Notes under the pieces: model-generated | What the model was told of the DNA's origin: nothing | The model's database searches: none | What the model saw: only the letters and a program-made list of their open reading frames with translations | Made by a program: the position numbers and the translations under genes | In this document: positions 1-13,712 of the stretch, piece after piece | Position numbering within the stretch: position 1 is the first letter of the stretch | Layout of the letters: every line of letters starts with the position of its first letter | NCBI RefSeq assembly: GCF_004010195.1 | Contig: NC_057751.1 | Span: 3,425,907-3,487,906, forward strand | Source of the DNA: Chiloscyllium plagiosum | Taxonomy: Eukaryota | Length of the DNA stretch: 62,000 bases | Direction: 5' to 3'

Positions 1-3
1 ACT

Positions 4-618
4 TGTTATGGACCAGGCCAGAGCCCCTCTCAACATTTCAAGAAAGTAGCCCAGACTCGAACCTTGCAAATTGTTTTAAGCAGGTGTAGTGTGGATATTC
101 CAGGAGGGATGTAGCTGGCCCAACCACTTAAGTTTAAACAGGATAGAATTTATTTACAAGAGTACCGAATGAAACACAAACCACAGAAAACAGAATACTG
201 AGTAACTTAACCTCTCCGAAAACCCAACAGACAATCCCCATTTAATGATGCTGTTCCAAATACTTGCAATAATCCCCATAAGCAAAAGGTAAAACCAAAC
301 CCGGGGTCTTCCAGGAGAGAGGTCAGAGAGAGAGTACCAGCCTGGACCTACTCCTTTGGGTCCAGCAGCTTTTTCCACAATACTGCTAAAACCCAAACCA
401 AACCAGAGAGAAGCTGAGCTGGGAGAGCTGGCTGCTCCCCTTTCATTGGACAAGGGTTTGTTAAACTTGAAAGCCTCTACTTGAGGCAGTATCTGTTAGT
501 TATTATCACATTGGCCCCAAAAACCCTTCAACCCCAGACTTCTTGGAGTCTGTGTCGTTTATGACCTCTCTGAAAAAATAGGACAACATAACCTTGTGAA
601 AGGAGAAACTTTGTCACA
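4..618 (-). mobile_element. Solo LTR (Gypsy-like)
   Basis: TGT...ACA termini, AATAAA on the minus strand; colinear diverged copy at 45210-45777. Confidence 0.7.
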
Positions 619-859
619 CTCGTGCTGGATATGTGTTGAGGTTTTATGTACTTATTCTGCTTCTCATGCCTGTGAACTAGAATTCCTTCATGAAAACTTG
701 TCAAGGAAATCTAAAACCACAGGAGCAAATGCAGCACATCGATTAGCATTAAAATACAAATGAATTAACCAGTTGGAAATGGGTCTTCTCAGAATGAGCA
801 TGATCAAGAAGGAGAGTTGCAACAGTATTTAAAATGTACCATAATAACCTTTACTATCT

Positions 860-1200
860 TTATTCATGGAATGTGGGCATTGCTGACTGAACCAGCATTG
901 ATTGCTTATTCCTAATTAGCCTTGAGAAGGTGGTGTTGAGCTGCCTTCTTGAAGCGCTGCAGTCCTGCTCCTGTACGGAATGGACTTTCAGGATTTTGAC
1001 TTAATGTCAGTGAGATACGTAGCCAATTCAGGATGCTGGGGGGTGGGGAGCTTGCAGTGGGTGGTGTTTCTGTGTATCTGTTAGCCTTGTCCTTCTCAGT
1101 GGTGTGGCTCTGGGCTTGGAAAGAGCTTTCACACGACCCTTGATGAATTCCTGCAGAGCACTTTGTAGATGGTATGCACCGCTGCAAGTGAGCGTCAGTG
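860..1200 (-). mobile_element. Old LINE 3' fragment (same family as 47225-47660)
   Basis: Shared ttcatgg...gagctgccttcttgaa...ctgcag sequence between the two copies. Confidence 0.6.
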
Positions 1201-1405
1201 GTGGACAGCACACTATTGAAGTCCTTGTGTATCACAAAGCAGCCATCCATCAAGTGAGCTAACCAAGCACAGTGTGAATTCCTGCAGAGCACTTTGTAGA
1301 TGGTATGCACCGCTGCAAGTGAGCGTCAGTGGTGGACAGCACACTATTGAAGTCCTTGTGTATCACAAAGCAGCCATCCATCAAGTGAGCTAACCAAGCA
1401 CAGTG
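1144..1405. repeat. Perfect 131-bp tandem duplication
   Basis: 1144-1274 is identical to 1275-1405. Confidence 0.95.
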
Positions 1406-1479
1406 TACCATGGTTAAGGCCATAATTGGAGCATTTCAGCACCTTATCTTCAATTGTGTTTTCTTCTGTCATTACCAAG

Positions 1480-1621
1480 GTTCAGTAACGTCTTCCCAAG
1501 TCTCAACATGGCAGTGAAGAGGCGAGAGCAGACTTTACAAGACTACAAAAGGTTACAGTCCAAAGTGGAGAAGTATGAAGAAAAGGATAAGTCTGGCCCT
1601 GTACTGGTGAAGCTTCACCAG
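1480..1621 (+). CDS. BIN3: Bridging integrator 3 (BAR domain), third-from-last coding exon (142 bp, phase 2 to 0)
   Basis: aag|G acceptor and CAG|gtaag donor; translates (K)FSNVFPSLNMAVKRREQTLQDYKRLQSKVEKYEEKDKSGPVLVKLHQ, near-identical to vertebrate BIN3 as I recall it. Confidence 0.96.
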
Positions 1622-1871
1622 GTAAGCTGAGACCCGCAGCCTTGAGGGGTTGCTGATGTTTGATGATGTAGCAGATGTAATTTGGGCCCTGCAAGGTTCA
1701 CTCGTGAAGTGCAGATAGTTCCAACCACTTAAAGGGGGCTTTTGTGGGAAGGAAGTAAGAGACTGATAACTTCACATGGACTTCTCTCTCTATGGGCAGA
1801 CAAAAGTCAATTGCCTTTGAATCTAAATATTGTTCGGGCATGTGTGCAACAAGGAGACTAGCTGCAATCCA

Positions 1872-2158
1872 GATCGTAGGATCACGACAGTGCAGACAGA
1901 CGCCATTTTGCCCATCAAGTCCATGCCTTCCCTCCACAGAGCATCCCACCTCGACCCACCACCCCCTCTATCCCTGTAACCCTGCTTTTCCCATGGCAAT
2001 CCACCTAGCCTGTGGAAGGAAACCAGAGCGGCTAGAGGAAACCCAGGCAGGCAGAGGGGAATGTGCAAGCTCCACACAGACAGTCGCCCAAGGGTGGAAT
2101 CAAACACAGGTCCCGAGCACTGTGAGGTAGCAGTGCTAACCATCGGCACTGTGCCACC
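1872..2158 (-). mobile_element. HE1-like tRNA-derived V-SINE
   Basis: Reverse complement of the ggttagcactgct...gtgtggag...gcacattc head and core. Confidence 0.8.
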
Positions 2159-2549
2159 TCAAGATGTGCAGACATGATGGGGTGATCAACGGTTTTGTGG
2201 AACTGAAGCCTATGATCCCACTCCCATGTCACTGAATGTTCTGCACTGCTGCTCAGTCTAGATTAGCAAGCTCTACCCTGGTGACCATGAGACCAAAGTA
2301 TCTGACTGTCCGATAACTGTCCACAGCTATCAAGGGAGCTGCAATGCAGGGGCAAGGGATACCAGGAAAAGGCAAAGAGCGAGCTGTGGAGATGAAAGCA
2401 GAGGGAAACAGCAGACATGAACAAAACACAAACCAGGGAGGTAATAGGCTGGGTAGTCTGTCTGAGAACCCAGCAAGTATGGAGGTACTTTCAGTTCAAG
2501 CAGGTAGCTCCTTCCAAGGCATGTGGTACAGCAGGAGGCCATTCTGTCA

Positions 2550-3060
2550 TTTGTGTCTGTACTAGCTGAAGAATAGGCTTTGCGCAGCACCTTGGAGATT
2601 GCCCTCTGGAAGGTGCATATCCAAGATTTAGGGTAAAATGATGGGTTTCTGTTTGTACCACCCTTGAGGGATGGTAGATATTCACAACTGCAGACATTCA
2701 CAACTATTGGGGTGAAAACATTTCTGTTCAACTCCTCCCTGACCCTTCTCCCAATCCATCTCAATCTGGTTGCTGTCCTCTGTTCATGGAAGGAGTGTCC
2801 TCCCTTATCTACTCCATATTGGCCCCTTCCTAACTTTATATAGCACAGTGAAGTCTAAACAAGAGCTCAGCCTATCCAATCTTTCGAAAAGCTCATGGTC
2901 TTTATTTGTGGAAACACCCCAATAGATCTGTCATGTGATCACATTCTGCTGAAATATGGAGATCAGAATTGTATACAATCCTCCAAGCCTTGCCAGAGTT
3001 TTGGACAGTTGGAGTATAATCTCCCCTCTCTCAGTTTACGTACCTTGGGCATCGAAAACA
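2550..3060 (-). mobile_element. Degraded CR1 LINE 3' fragment
   Basis: Minus frame resembles the CR1 ORF2 C-terminus (LYS...LEDCIQF). Confidence 0.55.
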
Positions 3061-3972
3061 AAGCAAAATTCCAAATGTTGTAATGCCAAAGAAATGGGAG
3101 ACAGATAACATTATGACAAAATTTTATTCCCGAAATAATGCTTAGCAATGATATCCCCTCTGTAACATGAGGCTACTTATCCAGGTTAATTAGAATTGAA
3201 TGGAAGTTCCTCCTGATTATTTGAGTAAATTGATTCAGAGAGAGTTATTAAAGCTGACAACCTGAAATACATTACAAGGTTCAACTATTTCAGCTCATCA
3301 TATCTGTTTGTTTCTTTATTGTAATGCACACAAATACCTTCCTTGACAAATTTGTGTCTCTTGTTGGTGACGAAGTTGAGCACTCCTTAACGAGGCAGTA
3401 TGCTATTGAAGCGTTTTGGTGAGCATTCATCAGGACAGATGCAAGAGTGCCAAGTTTCAAGGGGGCAGCGATTTATACTGCATGGGGAAAGGGTGCTGAT
3501 GGCTCATCGATTGATATGTTGCCATGCAGAGTGCACCAGGGAATTGTTGGCCATCGGTGAATGAAGGAAAAACTGCTTTTGAAATGTGGTATTCTTGCAT
3601 TTGTGCTGATGAGTACACAATGAATAGATTGGGCAGCATGCCTGTTGATAAGGTCAGCAACATGTCTGTCTGCCTCTTGCTAAGCCATGATGCCATTTCT
3701 ATTTTTCTCCACCCAATAAAAGTATAATTGACACGCTTCATGTCTAAAAAATACATGGTTCCATGACTTGACTGTGTTTTTCTTCGACCATGTTCCTCAT
3801 TGACGTTGAGAATTGCTTTCAAACTTGAAGCAGGTTCAGCTGAATTTGACAATGTGACATTCACTTTCTCTTCCGTTGTTCACAGCTATTTCCAGTTTTT
3901 GTTCCTCAGAGTCAGCTTAAAATTTGGGACAAAACCCCAAGATCACATGTCTTTGGTATTTTCATTTCCTAG

Positions 3973-4107
3973 GCGAGAGAGGAGCTGAAGCCAGTCCGTG
4001 AGGATTTTGAAGCCAAAAACAAGCAGCTGCTTGAAGAGATGCCAAAATTTTACAACAGCCGCATTGATTATTTCCAGCCAAGCTTTGAAGCACTGATTCG
4101 TGCCCAG
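3973..4107 (+). CDS. BIN3: BIN3 penultimate coding exon (135 bp, phase 0 to 0)
   Basis: ttcatttcctag| acceptor and CAG|gtacgc donor; AREELKPVREDFEAKNKQLLEEMPKFYNSRIDYFQPSFEALIRAQ. Confidence 0.97.
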
Positions 4108-4499
4108 GTACGCACCTCGCCTTGTCTTTTTGACACTCTCAACACCGTTTCTTTACTGTGAATTGGTCACGAGTTGCTTGGAATAAGCAGTGCCCTGTGC
4201 AACAGGAGAATGGATTCTCAGTTCCCTGCCCATCAGTCGTGATGGGACTTTTGTTTCACAGGATCTGCATATGTCCTCTTGCTTAGAGAGGTTTGAGTGC
4301 TTTGTGTGATGGTTCAGTCTGATGTGCCTCACGAGGAGGCTTGCTATAACTCTTCCTCAACCCAAAGACTTTTGTTCACATTCCAAATAGTCTACACCTG
4401 CTCCAATTCTTGCGTTTGTCTCAGCTGAACATTTGAGTGGACTACTGCATTTCTGAGAATGAAAATATCAACCTGTTGGTTGAATCTCATATTATTTTG

Positions 4500-5910
4500 G
4501 AATGTGGAGAAATAGATGGTGCCATCTTGAAAAATGTCCATATTACAGAGGAGGAAGTGCTGGATATCTTGAAACGTGTTAAAGTGGATAAATCCGCAGG
4601 ACCTCATCAGGTGTACCCTAGAATTCTGTGGGAAGCTAGGGAAGTGATTGCTGAGCCCCTTGCTGAGATATTTGTATCCTCGATAGTTACAGGTGAGGTG
4701 CCAGAAGACTGGAGGTTGGCTAACGTGATGCCACTGTTTAAGAAGGGCGGTAAAGACAAGCCAGGAAACAGTAGACCAGTGAGCCTGACATTGGTGGTGG
4801 GCAAGTTGTTGGAGAGAATCCTGAAGGACAGGGCAAGGAATTGATTAGGGATAGTCAACATGCCTTTGTGCATGGGAAATCATGTCTTACAAACTTGATT
4901 GAGTTTTTTGAGGAAGTAACAAAGAGGATTGATGAGGGCAGAGTGGTCGATTGTGATCGATATGGACTTCAGTAAGGCGTTCGACAAGGTTCCCCATGGG
5001 AGACTGGTTAGCAAGGTTAGAGCTCACGGAATACAGGGAGAACTAGCCATTTGGATACAGAACTGGCTCAAAGGTAGAAGACAGAGGGTGGTGGTGGAGG
5101 GTTGTTTTTCAGATTGGAGGCCTGTGACCAGTGGAGTGCCACAAAGATCGGTGCTGGGTCCTCGACTTTATGTCATTTACATAAATGATTTGGATGCGAG
5201 CGTAAGAGGTACAGTTAGTAAGTTTGCAGATGACATCAAAATTGGAGGTGCAGTGGACAGCGAAGAGGGTTACCTCCGATTACAACAGGATCTGGACCAG
5301 GAGTATTGAGTATAGGAGTTTGGAGGTCATGTTGCGGCTGTACAAGACATCGGTTAGGCAACTGTTGGAATGTTGCATGCAATTCTGGTCTCCTTCCTAT
5401 CGGAAAGATGTTGTGAAACTTGAAAGGGTTCAGAAAAGATTTACAAGGATGTTGCCTGGGTTGGAGGGTTTGAGCTATAGGGAGAGGTTGATGGGCTGGG
5501 GCTGTTTTACCTGGAGCGTTGAGGGGTGACCTCTTAGAGGTTTATAAAATCATGAAGGGCATGGATAGGATAAATAGACAAGTCTTTTCCCTGGGGTGGG
5601 GGAGTCCAGAACTAGACGGCATAGGTTTAGGGTGAGAGGGGCAAGATATAAAAGGGACCTAAGGGGCAACTTTTTCACACAGAGGCTGGTACGTGTCTGG
5701 AATGAGCTGCCAGAGGAAGTGGTGGAGGCTGGTACAATGACAACATTTAAAAAGCATTTGGATGGGTTTATGAATAGGAAGGGTTTGGAGGAATACAGGC
5801 CGGGTGTTGGCTGGTGGGACTAGATTGGGTTAGGATATCTGGTCGGCATGGACAAGTTGAACCGAAGGATCTGTTTCCTTGCCGTACATCTCTATGACTC
5901 TATGACTATG
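4500..5910 (+). mobile_element. 5'-truncated CR1 LINE with an internal deletion near 5300
   Basis: ORF2 RT motifs (PEDWRLANVMPLFKKG, MDFSKAFDKVPH, FADD, FFTQRLVRVWNELP) and a (tctatgac)n tail. Confidence 0.95.
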
Positions 5911-7120
5911 TTTTGTCGGGATCTTATACTGTGTCACTTTGATGACTGAGCAGCTGTGGGTTTGCACAACTTTGAATCTCACCCTGTGGGTGGATTGTTT
6001 CAGTCTCAGAGAGCTGGCATGAATTCAGTGGGCTGAGAGGTCTCTTTTTGTGCTGTAAATGACTCTGGCTGTCTCATAAATGAGAAGGTAATTTGCTTCA
6101 TCTTAATGGTTGCATGTTGCAAACCGTGTTCAGTTTTTCAGAATACATTGTGGAATTGATCAGTCCATAACTGTTGGATAGATTTTTTGCTCCCAATCAG
6201 GGTGGATGGGATTATGTATCCTTCTAATTTGGATTCCTATCCTCCAGGAATTGAAGGAACCTCATCATACCATTTCAGTGTATTATTATGGAAATGAAGG
6301 GGAACTTCCCCTGTTTTCTAGTTCTTGCAGAACCTGCTGTTCATTAGGTGCATCCCCTTGATGAGTTTATTGTCTGGATTGTTTGAACTTTTGAATCATC
6401 TAATCATAAATTCTTCTGCGATTTGAACTTGTTACATACATGACGTGGGAAAACTCTTTCACCTGCCTCTGGGGAAGTATGTCAAATCTGTGTTGGTGTC
6501 CTGGTGCAGTGAGTTAGGTGTGTATTCCAACAATACTAGGGATTACATTTCTGTTTTGGATGTGTTTGGTGTTTGAAGTGAAGGTTCTGTTTGAAACTGG
6601 CAGGCACGTTCAGCAGTACTTGTCTCATAGTTCAGAACCACACCTATGGAAAGTTCCACAGGACATCCAAGTCATACAACTCTCATTCTCAAGTTAAACT
6701 CTGAAGTCAAATTCTTGAATTGTATTATTGTCAGCTCGCTGACGACTGTGTGCAGGTTTACATTCTTGGGAACTGTGCAGAAGTGAACTGACCTGAGGGG
6801 GTGACCGATCGCATTGTGAGAGCCACAGGATCAGGGAGAAATTTCATTGCCAAGAGGCATAGTGAAATCAAATCTATGTGCCACCTTGGTCAGTGTGCAA
6901 GGCTGCAGGGCAAGCATGTGAATCCAGTTGAAACCTAAGTACATGGATTGTACTGTGCCCTCTGGTCAGTTATTGCTAGACTCCCATTGATAATTTGTCG
7001 GCTAAAGATGGAGAGAGAAGCATCAGCCGTTGCTGCAGCTTGCTGTGAAGGAAGTCAGTTCCCAAAATTTCAGCGTTCCGAGCTTGAGCTGTGACTTCTG
7101 TATTGAACACTCCAATTTAG

Positions 7121-7439
7121 TCATGTTGTTTGACTTGCAGCTTTTTCATCCCAGAGATTTCTTTCATCTTGCCTGATTAGCATATTGTTTAAAATCCCAA
7201 TTAATTTTCTGCTACTTCTCGGTTTGATCATTATTTTGTCGTCTTGAGTTGCAAAATCCAGCAGCCAATCAATCCAAGTTTGAAAAATTCCAGTTCGAGG
7301 AAGAATAGTCACAACTAATTTGGATTCTTTTCAAAAAGAAATCATTGCATCCCCAAAATGACCTGCACAGTCAGAGCAAAATCTTCCAAGCAACCTCCTT
7401 TGGAAGTGAGTCATTAATTTCAATCTTGTTTGCTGATTT
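7121..7439 (-). pseudogene. Antisense gene probable 3' exon (phase 2 start, one internal TGA)
   Basis: cctttcaacttcag|; ORFs 7331-7531 and 7121-7312 share a frame: NQQTRLKLMTHFQRRLLGRFCSDCAGHFGDAMISF*KESKLVVTILPRTGIFQTWIDWLLDF... Confidence 0.62.
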
Positions 7440-7594
7440 CTGAAGTTGAAAGGTACATTTCTATCACACATGAGAAGAGCTACAATCTGACTGTGTTTTT
7501 GGCACAAAGTTCGAAGGAAAAAGCTTCTCATTATCCGTTAGCCAGAACCAACTGGCCTTCAAGATTATGAATCTCCAGCTGTTAACATTCTCTT

Positions 7595-7662
7595 CCTTCT
7601 CTCTCTCTCTCACACACACACACATACTCTCACTCTCTCTGACTCATTCTCTCTCTCTCTCA

Positions 7663-7699
<37 letters not shown>

Positions 7700-7735
7700 T
7701 CATTCTCTCTGTCTCTCTCTCTCTTTCTCTCTCTG
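7595..7735. repeat. Compound (CT)n/(CA)n microsatellite
   Basis: Direct reading. Confidence 0.9.
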
Positions 7736-9849
7736 GAGGGCAGTGTTAGCAAAATGTCTCCTCTTGTCCTATGTTGAAGTGGCCTGACAATGTGCTGTGT
7801 TGCTTCCACAAACCCTGCCAAGCTAATGCCGAAGGTGGTGGGTTCAGGTGACATGGTTGAGGCTAGGATTCAATACCCTGACTGTGGGGATTGGAAGAAC
7901 AGTACTCTGCCATGGGGTCTGTAGGTGCATCGCTTATCTGGCTTGTGACAAAATGGCAAAATCATTGTCATTGTTCTGACTGTCATATACAGCAGAGAAA
8001 CAAATCATTGTTTAATCTAGTCTATGATAGTGTTTAAGCGCCACTTAAGATTCCTCCCAGTATCAGGCAAAACGTATAATTTCATGGGTCTGCCTGCTCC
8101 AGGCATGTACCTTTTATTGATATTGTAAAATTTGGAATTTTACAGATATTGAAGATGCTTAAACATCCAAGGTCCCATGATGTGTCCTCACACAGGCAGA
8201 ATTTGAAGTGGGGAGGGGGTAAACTGTCCTGTTTTTGTTTGTGATGTTGAGAAAACGGGTAAATCAGATCATGATTGAAAAGCATCTGAACAAAGAACAA
8301 TACAATATGTAAACAGGCCCTCCAGCCCACCAATCCTGTGCTGACTCCCAGCCCTTACTTAGACCCACTAGTTATTACCCAAATGCAGTTTCTATCCCCA
8401 TTGGTCTTCTATTCATGTGTCTATGAAGAAACCATCTTCCATGTGTTATTGACCAGAGATACATTAAGAAAATAGTCTAGACCCTAACTTATTCTTATTT
8501 TAAAGGTCAATGGTATTTTGTTCTGGCTGCAATTCAATGGGTCAAATTCCCAGTCTTGAAGGAAAACACACTTTGTTTTTACACTGGAGTTAAAATACAG
8601 ACAAAATAAAAAGAAAAGAATTGGTTTCACTGCAACTCTAGTCAAATGCTTAACAAAATAATACATACATATTATATGAACAACTCCTAATTAACTGTTC
8701 CAATATAGTAACATTCTATAAACACACCTTTGGCAAAGGCAAGTTCAGGAAAATAGATTACATGCAATTCCAGCAGCAGGAAGAGAACCCCAGCCTTTAG
8801 CTTTAACACCTTCTCTGCACCCTCTCCACAGCATTCATTTCCTTGTGGTAGTGTGGTGACCAGGACTGCATGCAATATTCTAAATGTGGTCAAACTAAAG
8901 TGTTATACAGCTGCAACAGAACTTGCCAACTTTCATATTAAGTGCCCCAGCTGATGAAGGCAAGAATGCAATATGCCCTCTTGGCTACCTTTTATTGACC
9001 TGTGTGGCTGTTTTCAGGGATCTGTGGACCTATACACCCAGATCCCTCTGTGTGTCACTGCTTGTAAGGGTTCGGCCATTTATTGTATAATTCACACTTG
9101 CATTTCTTCTTCCAAAATGTATTACCTTGCACTTGTCCAGATTAAACTCCATCTGTCATTTCTCTGCCCATGTCCTGCTGTATTCTTTGACAACCATCCT
9201 CACGATGTGCAACTCTGTCTATTTTGGTGTCATCCTCAAACGTCCTCATCAGACCACCTGCAATTTCTTCCAGATCATTTCTATATATCACAAGCAGCAT
9301 AGGTTTTGGCACTGATCCCACGAGTTACTGATTTTCGTTCCGAAAAACACCCTTTCTCCACTACTCTCGTCTTCGATGACCAAGCAAGTTGTGTGTCCAT
9401 CTCCTTGGAGATAGTAAGGACTGCAGATGTTGGAAGTCAGAATTAATACAAAGTGGAGCTGTAAGGGCACAGCAGCATTGGTCAGCCAGCTTCGGTAAAG
9501 CAGGAAAGTTGACATTTCGGGTTGCGACCCTACATCAGGACTGATAAAGGATCCTGACCTGAAATGTCAAGTATCCTGCTCCTCCGATGCTGGCTGATCT
9601 GCTGTGCCTTTCCAGCTCGACTTCTTAGTGACTCCGTATCCATCTCGCCACCTCACCTCAGATCCCATAAGACTCTACCTTGTGTCTCAGCCTACCATGT
9701 GGTAGCTTATCAAATACTTCACTGAAGTTCATGCAGACAACATCCACTGCCCTTCCCTTATCAATCATTCTTGTCATCACCTCAAAAAACTCAATTAACT
9801 CAACCTTCCATGCACAAACCCATGCTGCTTCCGACTAACAAGTCAGAGT

Positions 9850-12110
9850 TTCATAGTAATAGAAGCAGGAGGAGACCATTTGGCCCGTCGAACCTGTTCC
9901 GCCATTCATCAAGATTGTGGTTGATCTATCCATTGGCTCAGCTCCTGCTACCTGCATTATCCCCACAACCCTCAATTCCCCCACCAATCAAACATCCATC
10001 CAGCTGTGTCTTGAATATCTTTCATGAAGTTGCCTCTACTGCTTCCTTGGGCAGAGAATTCCATAGATTCACTACTCTCTGGGAAAGGCAGTTCCTCCTC
10101 ATCTCTGTCCGAAGTCTACTTCCCCTAATCTTGACACCATGTCCCTTGTCCTAGCCTCATCCACCCGCAGAAACAACTTGCCTGCCTCTATCTGAACTAT
10201 CAGTTAGTTAGTTTTGAGAAGATTTGTAGCTCAGGTTGAGGTTCTGGATGTACGCTTCATCCGGAGGCTCACTGAAGATATTACCTAGCGTGGTGACAAA
10301 ACGTCTGAAACCAAACCTTCAGCTCAGCAAGCAAACCTACAACTATTATCTATCCCTTTCATAATTTTATATGTTTCTCAAAGATCCCCTCTCATTCTTC
10401 TAAATTCTAGTGATTACAGTCCCAGGCGGCTCAACCACTCCTCATAACCCCTTCATTTCTAGGATCAACCTGGTGAACCTCCTCTGCACCTTCTCCAAAG
10501 CCAGTATATCCTTCCTCAAGTAAGGAGGCCAGGACTGCGCACAGTTCTCACTAACACCTTGTACAATTGCAGGAGAACCTCGCTGCTCTTAAGTTCAGTC
10601 CCTCAAGCAATGAAAGCTAATATTCCATTTGCCTTCCCGATTAGCTGCTGCACCTGCAGATCAACTTTTTGTGATTCCTGTCCGACCATTCCTAAGTCCC
10701 TCTGCCAAACAGCATGCTGCAATCAATCACCATTTATCTAATACTCTGACTGACCACTTTTACTTCCAAAGTGGATAACCTCACCATTACCAACATTGTA
10801 CTCCGTCTGCCCGACCCTTGCCCGTTCACTTAACCTATCGAAATCTCTCTGCAGACCCTCCACAACCTCTGCACAGTTTGCCTTTCCACTCAATTCAGTG
10901 TCTTCAGCAAACTTGGATATGTTACACTCTGTCTCCTCTTCCAAATCATTTATACAAATCAGGAACAGTTGCGGGTCCAACACCGACCCATGCGGCACCC
11001 TGCTCACTGCTGGTTTCCAACTAGAGAAGCACCTATTTGTCCCAAGTCTCTGTTTTCTATTGGTTAACCAGTCCTGTATCCATGCTAGTACATTCCCCAC
11101 AACTCCATGCATTCTTATCGTATGGACAAGTATTAACACCGACCCATGCGGCACCCTGCTCACTGCTGGTTTCCAACGAGAGAAGCACCTATTTGTCCCA
11201 AGTCTCTATTTTCTATTGGTTAACCAGTCTGTATCCATGCTAGTACATTCCCCACAACTCCATGCATTCTTATCGTATGGACGAGTATTTTATGCGGCAT
11301 CTTATCGAACGCCTTCTGAAAATCTAAGTATATAACATCCACCTGTTCCTCTCCATCTACCACGCTTGTAACATCCTCAAAGAACTCCAGTAAGTTTGTC
11401 AAACATGACTTTCCCTTCCTGAATCCATGCTGTGTCTGCCTGATGGAACCCTTTCCATCCAGATGTCTCGCGACTTCTTCTTTAATGATAGAAAGCATTT
11501 TCCCGAGTATAGATGTTAAGCGAACTAGCCTACAGTTACATTCCTTTTGCCTACCCACCTTTTTTAAACAGTGGCGTGACATATGCTGCCTTCCAGTCTG
11601 GCAGGACCTGCCTAGAGTCCAATCAACTAACACATCGACTCGAACTTCCACCATTTCTTTCAGCACCCTGGGATGCATTCCATCGGGACCAGGGGACTTA
11701 TCTCCCTTTAGCCCCTCACGTTTGCTCAACACTACCCTTAAAGTGATAACAATTGAATTGAGGTCCTCACCTCCCATCGTATCCTCACCTCCCATCGTAT
11801 CCTCACCTCCCATTGTATTCTCAACGTCAGGCTTTGGCATGTCAGACACATCTTCCACTGTGAAGATTGACACAAAATAGTTATTCAAAGCCTTGGCCAT
11901 TTCAGCATTTTCCAAAATTAATTCCCCTGTCTCATCCTGCAAGGGACTCATGTCCACTTTAGCTACCCTTTTCGGTTTTATATATTTATCAAACCTTTTC
12001 CTCCTGTTTTTATATTCTGTGCTAGTTTGCATTCATCATCTATCTTTCCTTTTTTTGTTGCTTGCTTCATAGTTCTTTGTTGCTTTTTAAAGTTTTCCCA
12101 GTTTTCCTGT
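9850..12110 (-). mobile_element. CR1 LINE (second subfamily) with a 156-bp internal tandem duplication (about 10979-11290) and 3 x 18-bp repeats (about 11763-11820)
   Basis: ORFs 11220-12032 and 10738-11163 (KSPGPDGMHP, YLDFQKAFDK, ISKFAEDT); DTMGGE repeats. Confidence 0.92.
10205..10342. mobile_element. Short Penelope terminal fragment, related to 56145-56590
   Basis: ttttgagaagatttgtagctcagg start; decayed CTGAAGA...AAACGTC hammerhead-like core; flanking aactat repeats. Confidence 0.6.
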
Positions 12111-13582
12111 TTTCCCACTAATCATGACCATTCACTTCCAAAAGTGAACAAATCCTGTCTCTCAGTACCTTCTCCAACAGTTTCCCTACCACTGACATCA
12201 GGCTTACCAACCCGTCGTTACTGTGTTATCTGTTTAGCTTCTGAAACAAAGGAACAATGGTGACCATTCTCCAGTCCTCCAGAATCTTGCCTGAGGGCAA
12301 AGATATCTGTTAAGGTTCCAGTTAATTCCCCCCCCCACCTTGTCTCTCACAGTATCCTGGGGATAGATCCCATCTGGCCATGGGAACTTGTCTGCCTTAA
12401 TGTGTTTTAAGACACCCAACACTTCCTCCTTCAATATGTTGACCAGTCCAAGAGTATTCACACCTCTTTCCCTAATGTCAAATCCTTCATGTCGCTCTCT
12501 GTGGTGAATACTGATGTAAAGTACTCATTCAGGATCTCACCGACACCCTCTGGCTGTACACTTAACCTCCCTCCTTCATCATTGAGCGGTCAAGCTCTTT
12601 CTTGCAGCCCTCTTGTTCCTAATGGATGTACAAAATACCTTGGGATTCTCCTTAACCTTGCTGGTCAAGGACATTTCATTGTCCCTTTTCACCCTTCTAA
12701 CTCCCTGTGTGAGCTCCTTGCTACTTGCTCTATAGTTTTCAAGGAACAGCAAACTTGGTACGTTTTTAGTTGTCCAGACCTTGGGTATGCTTGCTTTTTG
12801 ACTTCGCTGAGAATTTCCCCTGTCATGTACAGTTCCGGAATCCTGCAATTCCTGTCCTTCATTTCTGAATGAGCATGCTTGTCCTGTACTCGAATTAACT
12901 GGTCCTTCGAAGACTCCCACGTGTCAAATGGGGATTTACCCTGAGCTGCTTTCAATCCACATTATCCAATGTTTGCCTAATTTGGTTATAGTTGGCCTTG
13001 CGCCAGGTTAACACCTCCATCCAAGGTCTGCTGGTGTCCTTATGCATGAGTAGCCAAAAACGGATGGAATTCTGATCAGCTGATAAAGGGAGCAAGTGTT
13101 TCAAACATTTTGAAGATCCCAGATGATGTTATTCCTGTTGTAAGTCAGGTCCCAGACTGAAATCTGCCTTAGTAGATTTTATTTTCTTAATTTTGTGTGG
13201 TGATATTTTAGTGGAGCACACAAGGCTGAAGATTTGACCATGTTAATAGCTTCGTGTATTTTTCCTTCCCTTGCCATTAAATTCAGCAATCTGAGTGCAG
13301 TTCTGCTCATAGATCAGGAGGCCTTCTGGCACCTACTGGTTCAAAGAAATGGTTTTGAAAAGGCTGGCCCAGTTAATTCTTAATCGAATAAATCCTTAAA
13401 TCACCAGTTCAAAATCAAAACTCTGTGAACAAAAATGTTTAGATGTGCACATGCATCTCACATTTTTCGTTGCGGTATCTATATACTTTACAGATCAATG
13501 GGCGTGTCAGGAAAATGTGAAAGATGGGTTTGAATCTCGAGCTGTGGACCATTGCTGTGGAGCTGGGTGAAGGTGTCGGTAC

Positions 13583-13712
13583 CTCTTATGTTGGGTTTCT
13601 CTGGGCCTCCACTGGCCAGAAGACAAAGCGACCAGCAGTTTGTGCTGGTTAAAACCTGAGGCCATCAACCAAAGGCTTAAGGAAGCATGGGTGTTTCCTG
13701 CTTTTGGACTTG
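13583..13712 (-). pseudogene. Antisense gene exon with death-domain-like C-terminal helices (130 bp, phase 1 to 2, open)
   Basis: ttgctttcttccttag|...AG|gtaccg; SPKAGNTHASLSLWLMASGFNQHKLLVALSSGQWRPRETQHK. Confidence 0.62.

Larger units (their letters stand above)
8290..13080 (-). mobile_element. Old CR1 LINE hosting nested insertions (LTR fragment about 8445-8800, Penelope hairpin about 9410-9630, younger CR1 about 9850-12110)
   Basis: CR1 ORF2 homology resumes on both sides of each insert; ORFs 12234-12461 and 12579-12955. Confidence 0.8.

Noticed and set aside
11220..12032. 270-aa ORF as a host gene
   Set aside because: It is a CR1 ORF2 fragment, broken by frameshifts on both sides
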